DNA of 32,000 nt from Planctomycetota bacterium (GTDB lineage: Bacteria > Planctomycetota > Phycisphaerae > SM23-33). Numbering within the stretch: the first letter of the stretch is position 1; each line of letters opens with the position of its first letter. Made by a program: the position numbers and the translations under genes. Below are positions 17,377 through 23,844 of this stretch, piece by piece. The stretch is taken from positions 38,532 through 70,531 of the forward strand of contig JAKJER010000009.1 in the NCBI GenBank assembly GCA_022705325.1, in the 5' to 3' direction. The notes under the pieces are model-generated. The model ran no database searches. It was given only the letters and a program-made list of their open reading frames with translations, and was not told where the DNA came from.

Positions 17377-17547
17377 AGGAGTGCTGCGGGGCTGGCGTTT
17401 CTTCGTCAGAGACTGCTGATAGGCCCCGCAAAGCCGACCCGCCGAAAAGAATGGACGCATGTGCGGGCGGCGGTACAATACAGTTGGTCCGCGCGTTTGA
17501 CGGTGTGGCAGCTCAAGGTCCAGTCGCCAGAAGACCGGAGGTGGTGC

Positions 17548-17874
17548 ATGGCCTCAGAATACGTCGATTGCTGCGAAAACCCGTCCCTGGAGAAGGTCAA
17601 GGTGTTCCTCTCGACGGACTACGACATCGTTGCCATTCGGCGATGCCGCTCGTGCGGATGCTACTGGTACTACTGGATGAAGGAGCGGACGTTCAGCGAT
17701 GCCGACACCTATGACCGGAGCATCTGGTACGTGCGCCTGAATCCCGAGGAAGCGAACGTTCTTGCCGACGCTTCGGCGGCGCCGGAACTGAGCCTGTTCA
17801 AGGACCGCCCGGGTCTCCTGAAGGACTCCGACGGCATGAACGCCATCCGGGGCATCCCGCGGTTTCTGGAGTAG
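17548..17874 (+). CDS. Small Cys-rich hypothetical protein (108 aa) between the two plus-strand RyR-tail genes
   Basis: GGAGG at 17537-17541 precedes the ATG at 17548 (MASEYVDCCENPSLEKVKVF...). Composition is diverse and protein-like, with high GC3. Cys cluster: CC(8-9) and CRSCGC(33-38). I recognised no family. The listed ORF start at 17461 adds an Arg/Trp-rich stretch with no RBS. Confidence 0.6.
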   Translation: MASEYVDCCENPSLEKVKVFLSTDYDIVAIRRCRSCGCYWYYWMKERTFSDADTYDRSIWYVRLNPEEANVLADASAAPELSLFKDRPGLLKDSDGMNAIRGIPRFLE

Positions 17875-17883
17875 GCGAGCCGA

Positions 17884-19647
17884 ATGAAACAGGTCTGGTG
17901 GCTCTGGAACAGGTTCGTACGACCGGGATGGAAGAAATGGGAATGGCCGGTGGTGGGGGCATTGGCGCTGGTCGCCTTTTCGCTGGGCACCTGGGGGTTC
18001 GCCCGCAAGTCCATCGAGAACGATCAACCCCTGTACTGGCTGGACATCCTGTTCCAGTCGGTGCAGTTGTTTGTACTCCAGCTTTCGCTTCAGTCTCCCA
18101 TGCCGTGGCAGTTGAACGTTGCCCGGTGGCTGGCGCCCCTGGTGGCTGGGTACACCGCCGTCCAGGCCGTGAGCGAGCTGCTGGCCGAGGAGTTCCTGGG
18201 TCTGCGGCTGCGCCTGTGGGGTCGCGGACACGTCGTCATCTGCGGGTTGGGTCGAAAAGGGATGATCCTCGCCCGCGGGTTTCTCCAGTGCGGGCGGCGG
18301 GTGGTGGTGATCGAGCAGGATGCGGAGAATGACCGCGTCCGCCAGTGCCGCGAACTGGGCATCCCCGTCCTGCTGGGCGACGCCGCCCAGGTGCGCCTCC
18401 TGGCCAGAGCGGGCGCGGACCGGGCCGAGTGCCTCTTCGCGTTCTGCGGCGACGACGGGGTCAACGCCGACATTGCCGTCCGGGCTCGCAGCGCGCTGGC
18501 TGGCCGTGACGGTCCGCCTCTGACCTGCGTGCTGCACCTTGTCAACCCGCAACTCCATGCCCTGCTGCAGGATCGCGAACTGGCGGGAGGGGAAGTCGGA
18601 TCCCTGCAACTGGAATTCGTCAATACCTGCGACCTCGGAGCGCGAGTGCTGCTGGAGGAGTTTCCGCTGGCGACAGGCGGACCGGCCGGTCCGCCGAGAA
18701 TCGTGATTGTCGGGCTGGGAGGCCTGGGTGAGAGTCTGCTGGTACACGCAGCCCGGCAGTGGAAGGCGTCGGCTGCGGGCGAAACAGCCCTGGACGTCGT
18801 GCTGGTGGACCGAAGCGCCCGAGAGGTGAGCGAGCGTCTGCTGGCGCAGTACCCGGGGCTCGATCGGGTCTGCTCACTGACGGTCCTCGACATGGACGTG
18901 AACTCGGCGGCGTTCCACCGTGCGGAGTTCCTGGACGGCTTGGCCCCGGACGCTCCGCCGCCGTGCGTGTTCGTCTGCGTGGACGATGACTCCCTCGGCT
19001 TGTCCACAGCCCTGGCGCTGGTGCGGCGCAAGCGGCAACCGGCACCTACTGTCGTGGTCCGCATGGCCCAGGAAACAGGACTGGCCGCGCTGCTGGGTGA
19101 GGATGCTCTCAATTCAGGGCGAGTTCACAACCTGCACGCCTTTGGGCTGCTGGATCGCACTTGCCGGCCGGACCAGATGCTGCGAGGCGTGCGAGAAGTC
19201 CTGGCCCGAGCCATCCACGAGCAGTACCTGCGACAGCAGAGGGAGGCGGGCGTGACGCGCGAGCAGAACTCATCGTTCGTGCCGTGGGAGGACCTGAGCG
19301 AGCACTTTAGAGAATCCAACCGCCAGCAGGCCGACGACATCGCCGCCAAGCTGCGGGCGGTCGGCTGCGCGGCTGTCCCGAACTACAACTGGGACGAGCC
19401 GCTCTTCGCCTTCACGCCCGACGAGGTCGAACGCCTGGCGCGGATGGAGCACGAGCGGTGGATGGCAGCCAAAGAGAAAGCCGGCTGGCGGCCCGGCCCG
19501 ACCAAGAGCGAGACACTCAAGACGCATACCTGTCTGGTGCCGTATGACGACCTGAGCGAGGACGAACGGGAGAAGGACCGCAGCGCCGTTCGACAGATAC
19601 CAGCCTTGCTTCAGCGGATCGGCTTTGGGGTGCACCGGCTGCGCTAG
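17884..19647 (+). CDS. Membrane protein (587 aa): N-terminal TM/pore-like segment + tandem RCK/TrkA-N NAD-binding-type Rossmann domains + RyR-domain tail
   Basis: Hydrophobic helices WPVVGALALVAFSLGTWGF (17944-18000) and ARWLAPLVAGYTAVQAVSELL (18121-18183) flank the short helix WLDILFQSVQLFVLQ. GxGxxG motifs: HVVICGLGRKGMILARGFLQCGRRVVVIEQD (GLGRKG at 18244-18261) and RIVIVGLGGLGESLL...VVLVDRS (GLGGLG at 18712-18729). The RyR tail is at 19189-19644. Confidence 0.85.
   Translation: MKQVWWLWNRFVRPGWKKWEWPVVGALALVAFSLGTWGFARKSIENDQPLYWLDILFQSVQLFVLQLSLQSPMPWQLNVARWLAPLVAGYTAVQAVSELLAEEFLGLRLRLWGRGHVVICGLGRKGMILARGFLQCGRRVVVIEQDAENDRVRQCRELGIPVLLGDAAQVRLLARAGADRAECLFAFCGDDGVNADIAVRARSALAGRDGPPLTCVLHLVNPQLHALLQDRELAGGEVGSLQLEFVNTCDLGARVLLEEFPLATGGPAGPPRIVIVGLGGLGESLLVHAARQWKASAAGETALDVVLVDRSAREVSERLLAQYPGLDRVCSLTVLDMDVNSAAFHRAEFLDGLAPDAPPPCVFVCVDDDSLGLSTALALVRRKRQPAPTVVVRMAQETGLAALLGEDALNSGRVHNLHAFGLLDRTCRPDQMLRGVREVLARAIHEQYLRQQREAGVTREQNSSFVPWEDLSEHFRESNRQQADDIAAKLRAVGCAAVPNYNWDEPLFAFTPDEVERLARMEHERWMAAKEKAGWRPGPTKSETLKTHTCLVPYDDLSEDEREKDRSAVRQIPALLQRIGFGVHRLR
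19189..19644 (+). other. Bipartite RyR-domain tail of the TM-RCK protein
   Basis: LARAIHEQYLRQQREAG...FVPWEDLSEHFRESNRQQADDIAAKL ... LARMEHERWMAAKEKAGWRPGPTKSETLKTHTCLVPYDDLSEDEREKDRSAVRQIPALLQRIGFGV. This is the closest of the three tails to the canonical RyR repeat consensus. Confidence 0.8.
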
Positions 19648-19659
19648 GCGGATGCGTCG

Positions 19660-22536
19660 TCATCCGGCGCGAACGGGGGCTCGCAGAATCGGCACGATCT
19701 TGAAGCCCGCCAATCTCGCCACGGCGGGATAGTTGCGTATGCTGGCGCGGTCCTTGTCCTTGTCCTGTTCGCCCAGTGCCGCGTAGGGTACGAGACAGTG
19801 ATTGAGCCGCCGAGCTCTCTGGCCCTTCTGTTCGTCCTGGGTCCGGGCAGGAGCGCACCTGCTCCATCCGTTGGCCAGCTTGATCTCCATCCAGCCCTTG
19901 TGTTCCTCTTCGGACAGCAACTCGAGGTGGTTTTCCAGGATCGATTTCAGTTCCGCCTCGCTTACGGCGTGGCGGGCGTCCTTCTCGTCCACAAGCTGCA
20001 GGCCGACCAGTCCCAGGATGACCGGGATGCGAACGGCGGCTGCGAAGTTGTCGCCCTTGGCCTCTTCGGGGAGCTTGGCGAAGTCGGTCTTGTACGCGTT
20101 CTTCTGGTCCCCCAGGGGGAACCATGCGGCGTGGATGGCCGGGGCCAGGCGCCAGGCGTGCTGCTGGAACGCCCGGTGCTGGTCTATGATCTCCATGAAC
20201 AGGTCCACTTCCCGGACATTCATCTCCAGCACTTCGTCGCTGGGCAATGCGGAGCGGTGGTAGTTGCCCTTGCCGGCCTGCTTGACCGGCATGACGATCT
20301 TCTCCATGGACCGCGAGCCGTGGCAGTAGTGACCGACTTCGAGCAAGGCGGCCAGCAGGCCCGAATCCATGTTCAGGCGCTCGCGGCTTTGCTTCTTCCC
20401 GGGGGCCATCATCCCCAGCCACGACCGCAGGAGAATCGCTCGCCGCACCGGGAAACACACGTCCCGCGGATCGTCCTGCCACTGCTCGCCGGGCGGGTTG
20501 GACGCGTGGAAGCATTGGCGCGGATTGGGCCCCAGGACGTTCAAGTTGCCGTGCAGGCGGCTCTTGAAGTCCGGGCCTTTCTTGAGCCGGAAGTCGGCGG
20601 CGGCTTCCTTGTGCTCCTTCACGACCTCGTCCTTTTGCGACCAGGGCCGCTCCGGCGGGCCGAAGTTGTCCATGTCGTAGCTGGTGGCCCCGGCAAAGAC
20701 GAAGATGCACCGCCCAATCGGGTGCGTGATCTGGCCTTCCTGGAACTTGCCATCCTGCATCGGGGCCAGCAGGTACTGCAGCCAGCGATAGTTCTGCGAA
20801 TCGAATTCGTCCCAGAACACGATGGGCAGCCCACCTTCCAGGACCTTGTCTCGCACCTGGTGGAAGGCGCCGATCAAGTCGGAGACGTCCTTGAACTGCG
20901 ACAGGTTGAACTCGAGGAAGGACTTCCTGCCGTGCAGGACGCAGTCCGCGATCTGCTTGATTCCGAACGACTTGCCCGCCCCCGGAGGGCCGAAGACCGC
21001 GATCGACAGGGGTTTGGTCTCGCTCGCGTTCCGCTCGTACTCCTGCATCAGTTGTTGAATGTTGCGCAGGGCCTCGATCTCGTCCCGGTCGGCGGTGAAG
21101 AGTTTCCCGTAGCTGGCGTACGGGACATTCCGCAGCCCCTCGAGCCCCAGCAACGCGACGCGCCGGCCCAGCCCGTACAGGGGCTGCTCGCGACTGGGTC
21201 GACCGTCACTGGTTTCCAAGATGCGCCATGTCTCGGCCGCGCCGCAGGCGCCTCCGTCAGCCGTCTGAGAGGGTGCGGCGCCGTCCGCTGACTCATGCGG
21301 CGGAACAATCGCCCGACCCAGTCCACCGAGCCTGCCCCAGTCCGCCTTGGGGGCCCGGGGCAGGTCCTTGGGCGCGGGGCCGTCGCCCGCCAGAATGACG
21401 GCCGCCAAGGCCTCCGTCGGCAGGGCGGGAGCCGGCTCCTTTGTTACACCGTGCCCCATGGCCCGCAGCAGCCGCATCGCGCTCAGGCCGCCGCGGATGC
21501 CTGCCGATATCCCGTCTGATCCCGCCCGCGACAGGTGAACAGCCAGCGCCGACGCGAACGTGGACTGGAAACCATAGGCATCACCTTCGGCGCCGCAGAA
21601 CTCGCGCGACCATTCCCCCTCCATGTAGCCAGGATCGAACAGCAGGGTGAAGCGGTGCCGGGCGGCGCCGTCCGCGTCCTGCACCCGCTCCATCCACATC
21701 GCGCCCTCGCCGTGCAGGGTGATGATCACATGCTTGGCCCGCCGAAGTCCCTCAAGCAGAGGGCTCTGGCACAACTCACGGGCCAGGTCCAGCGCCGTCC
21801 GCTCCCAGGAAATGCCTCGGCTGACGCGGACCTCGCAGGTCCGCAGGTCCCGGATCGACACGACCACCGCCAGCCTGTCGCGCAGGGCGGACGGCCCGCT
21901 CAACGCCCACCAGAAGGCCCCGTGGCAGACAGGTGCGCTGGTCTTCAGGACGATCCATTCCGGCAGGGGCCCGGACCCGTCTTCGGTGAGCGGCTGCAAC
22001 CAGTCCGGAACCTGAAAACGGAACCCGCCCACGTTGTCCTCGGCCAGCACGACCGTCGGCTCGAAATCCTCCCGTACGGACCCGGGCAGGTCGGTCGTGG
22101 GTAGGGGCTGTGAACCGGCTACCGAGCCCAGGCTCAGCGAGCGCCTCACCCGCCACACGTCGGTCCTTTCGTCGTCGGGGGTCTTGCCCAGCTTCCCGAA
22201 CTGGAACTTCTGCCAGAGGGCCGCGGTAGGGGGCGACATGAAGCGGTCCGGTTTTCCGGCGAATCCGATCTCCAGCTTGAACGTTCCCTCGTTCGTCTGG
22301 GCGGCCTGTTGCGCCACCGCGGACAGGATCCGGTGGGCGATGCCGGCGCCGCCGAGCGATACCCCGATCTGGGCCGGGGGCGTTCCGGGGGGCGGGTTGT
22401 CCTCGTTGGTGGGCAGGTAGATGTCATAGTCGTAGCCGTAGTCACCGGTGACGAGGATTCGTTTAGGGTCCGTCATGCCGTGTTCCTGACTGTGCTGTTC
22501 TCTGGTCATGCCTGTCGGTCGTTCTCGGTCAATCAC
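19660..22536 (-). CDS. Multidomain protein (up to 958 aa): degenerate PfkB/ribokinase-like N-domain + classical AAA+ ATPase + RyR-domain tail
   Basis: Walker A is AVFGPPGAGKS (GPPGAGKS = 20968-20991, minus strand). Walker B is IVFWDEFD (20800-20823). Sensor-like element FVFAGATS. PfkB-like cues in the N-domain (~21457-22464): ILVTGDYGYDYDIYLP...VSLGGAGIAHRIL, HVIITLHGEGAMW, CGAEGDAYGFQSTFASAL (compare GAGDAF). The start is uncertain. 22536 (GTG) is the longest option. ATG 22476 (MTDPKRILVTGD, preceded by AGGAA) or ATG 22509 is more likely. Confidence 0.85.
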   Translation of the reverse strand: MIDRERPTGMTREQHSQEHGMTDPKRILVTGDYGYDYDIYLPTNEDNPPPGTPPAQIGVSLGGAGIAHRILSAVAQQAAQTNEGTFKLEIGFAGKPDRFMSPPTAALWQKFQFGKLGKTPDDERTDVWRVRRSLSLGSVAGSQPLPTTDLPGSVREDFEPTVVLAEDNVGGFRFQVPDWLQPLTEDGSGPLPEWIVLKTSAPVCHGAFWWALSGPSALRDRLAVVVSIRDLRTCEVRVSRGISWERTALDLARELCQSPLLEGLRRAKHVIITLHGEGAMWMERVQDADGAARHRFTLLFDPGYMEGEWSREFCGAEGDAYGFQSTFASALAVHLSRAGSDGISAGIRGGLSAMRLLRAMGHGVTKEPAPALPTEALAAVILAGDGPAPKDLPRAPKADWGRLGGLGRAIVPPHESADGAAPSQTADGGACGAAETWRILETSDGRPSREQPLYGLGRRVALLGLEGLRNVPYASYGKLFTADRDEIEALRNIQQLMQEYERNASETKPLSIAVFGPPGAGKSFGIKQIADCVLHGRKSFLEFNLSQFKDVSDLIGAFHQVRDKVLEGGLPIVFWDEFDSQNYRWLQYLLAPMQDGKFQEGQITHPIGRCIFVFAGATSYDMDNFGPPERPWSQKDEVVKEHKEAAADFRLKKGPDFKSRLHGNLNVLGPNPRQCFHASNPPGEQWQDDPRDVCFPVRRAILLRSWLGMMAPGKKQSRERLNMDSGLLAALLEVGHYCHGSRSMEKIVMPVKQAGKGNYHRSALPSDEVLEMNVREVDLFMEIIDQHRAFQQHAWRLAPAIHAAWFPLGDQKNAYKTDFAKLPEEAKGDNFAAAVRIPVILGLVGLQLVDEKDARHAVSEAELKSILENHLELLSEEEHKGWMEIKLANGWSRCAPARTQDEQKGQRARRLNHCLVPYAALGEQDKDKDRASIRNYPAVARLAGFKIVPILRAPVRAG
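19690..20154 (-). other. Bipartite RyR-domain tail of the AAA+ protein
   Basis: LAPAIHAAWFPLGDQKNAYKTDFAKLPEEAKGDNFAAAVRIP ... LSEEEHKGWMEIKLANGWSRCAP...RRLNHCLVPYAALGEQDKDKDRASIRNYPAVARLAGFKIV. It has the same two-part layout as the other two tails, but the first half is more diverged. Confidence 0.7.
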
Positions 22537-22578
22537 GTCTGGCCGCTTGTTTCATTTCTGTCAAGTCATCCGATCGGT

Positions 22579-22986
22579 CTATCCGCGTGCGGCCCACGAT
22601 CGGGCCAGATCGCTCCACCCGTCGGTCAAATCATAATCAAGCAACTGCGCCATGGGGATCCACGCGTGCTTGTCGTGCTCCTCGCTCAGCGCGAATGTCC
22701 CGCCGATGACCGCAGTCTCCATGCAGAGCGTTGCCACCCGGACCTTCTCCATCTCGAACCCGAACGCCCCCGCGACGCCCAACACCTCAACGGAGAGCCC
22801 CGTTTCTTCCGTCACTTCGCGCCGCAGGGCTGCATCGAATGTCTCGCCGGGGTCCATCTTCCCGCCGGGCAATTCCCATCGTCCGACGAATCGCTTGCAC
22901 GCGTTAGCGCGGCGGAGCAGCAGGCAGTGACCGTGCTCGTTGCGAATCACCGCCCGGACGGCCAAGCTGTAGGGTTTGGCGAGCAT
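22579..22986 (-). CDS. Nudix hydrolase (135 aa), directly upstream of and co-oriented with the AAA+/RyR gene
   Basis: The Nudix box is read directly: GGKMDPGETFDAALRREVTEETGL (G-x5-E-x7-REUxEExGU). SD GGGAGAAGG precedes the ATG at 22986 (MLAKPYSLAVRAVIRNEHGHCLLLRR). The longer listed start at 23034 has no SD and adds MARRAKGFVSSNREKA. Confidence 0.85.
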   Translation of the reverse strand: MLAKPYSLAVRAVIRNEHGHCLLLRRANACKRFVGRWELPGGKMDPGETFDAALRREVTEETGLSVEVLGVAGAFGFEMEKVRVATLCMETAVIGGTFALSEEHDKHAWIPMAQLLDYDLTDGWSDLARSWAARG

Positions 22987-23368
22987 TGCCTTCTCCCTGT
23001 TGGAGGACACGAACCCTTTCGCGCGGCGGGCCATGGAGGTCGGCTGGACAGTGCCGTCCCACGCTCGCGGGCGAGGGGGCTGCCTGGGCCAAGGACATGC
23101 GCGATCCCGGCGTCAGACCAGCGCCGGCCCGGCGCTACTGCGAAACTGTCACTATGATACCGGCCGGGGTACTCCAGGCAACGAGATTCTCGTCGGTGGG
23201 GCAAACGGAACGTGCCGCTGGTGCTTGGCCGGGCTTGCGGCTTGCCTGCAAGGCAGTAGAATACCGCGAAGGACCGGACGCGGGCGGTCGTGGCCGCGCC
23301 CGCCGGCGTCTCTCTAGCCGAGCGGCGAGCTTTCTCCCGCGGCACGTTCGCGAATAAGGACGACGGTC

Positions 23369-23581
23369 ATGAGTCAACGCTCCTACGTGTTATCGTGCGC
23401 CCTGGTCGCGGCGCTAGGGGGTCTGCTGTTCGGCTTCGATAGCGCCGTCATTGCGATGGGCCTGCTGGCCGGGTGCGAGTTGAACGCTCTGGTCGCCCAT
23501 GCCTGTCGTGTGGCTGCGTACGTGTGCAGCCGGGATGGGGCCGTTCCGCCCCTGCCAAGTGACCTGCGCCGCTTGCCCTGA
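23369..23581 (+). pseudogene. 70-codon chimeric remnant: N-terminus of an MFS sugar-porter fused in frame to the C-terminus of a PfkB-family sugar kinase (deletion scar)
   Basis: Residues 1-28 (SYVLSCALVAALGGLLFGFDSAVI) match the conserved first TM and GGLLFG(Y/F)D(T/S)xVI motif of sugar-porter MFS transporters. Residues ~29-64 (AMGLLAGCELNALVAHACRVAAYVCSRDGAVPPLPS) match the PfkB C-terminus (...DAFxxGLLAG...anaxaAxxvxxxGAxpxlP). The RBS AAGGA and ATG 23369 are intact. The ORF is far too short for either family. Confidence 0.6.
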
Positions 23582-23700
23582 GTTGGGCCGGGCTGGCCCG
23601 CGCGCAAAGAACACCTATCTGCAGAGAACCGTCTCCGTCTCTATCATCAAACCAGGGGGCCGTTTCCATCTCGAACAGGGGAGTTGCTGTTCTCGGAGAA

Positions 23701-23844
23701 GATTGCCATCAGTTTGAATAATACGAAGCTGGCGAGTATTAGCTTTTTGAGATTTTCTCTTGCCCTGTAGGCCATTAGCTGGAATAATGTCCGACTTCGA
23801 TTGCATTAACGTACTTGATAGTGCCCTGGCTGGAACAGAGAGTC
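23701..23844 (+). promoter_or_regulatory. AT-rich intergenic dip upstream of the mvhD-like operon; candidate promoter/operator region
   Basis: My hand count gives 48 G+C in nt 23701-23820 (40%), against much higher GC in the flanks. Short direct repeats: GAATAAT at 23716 and 23782, ATTAGCT at 23738 and 23774, AGCTGG twice. No consensus promoter could be assigned with confidence. Confidence 0.3.

Noticed and set aside
17452-17479. Sigma70-like promoter candidate (TGGACG, 16-nt spacer, TACAAT) upstream of the small ORF. Similar GTAGAAT boxes occur near 14019-14025 and 23257-23263.
   Set aside because: These are single weak matches to an E. coli-type consensus in an unknown high-GC lineage. That is not enough support to call them features.
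17461-17547. Longer start for the small Cys-rich ORF
   Set aside because: There is no RBS at 17461, and the extra residues (MRAAVQYSWSARLTVWQLKVQSPEDRRWC) look non-coding. GGAGG precedes ATG 17548.
17554-18747. 397-aa minus-strand ORF overlapping the small ORF and the TM-RCK gene
   Set aside because: It is a shadow ORF. The plus strand has clear TM and GxGxxG Rossmann features.
19649-19666. 6-bp hairpin (CGGATG-CGTCGT-CATCCG) in the 12-nt convergent gap between the two RyR-tail genes, considered as a bidirectional terminator
   Set aside because: The stem is short, there is no U-tract, and it overlaps the minus-strand stop codon. It cannot be distinguished from chance in GC-rich DNA.
19517-21291. 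ORFs 19517..20710 (-, alternative frame) and 19798..21291 (+), each ~400-500 aa
   Set aside because: They overlap the AAA+/RyR gene, whose frame carries Walker A, Walker B and RyR motifs. Both alternatives are Arg/Pro/Gly-rich low-complexity translations.
23035-23368. 330-nt GC-rich non-coding stretch with small palindromes (e.g. AGCGCCG-GCC-CGGCGCT at 23120-23136), considered as a riboswitch, ncRNA or gene remnant
   Set aside because: I could recognise no conserved riboswitch or ncRNA signature. The overlapping listed ORFs are Arg/Pro/Gly junk. It is left unexplained rather than called.
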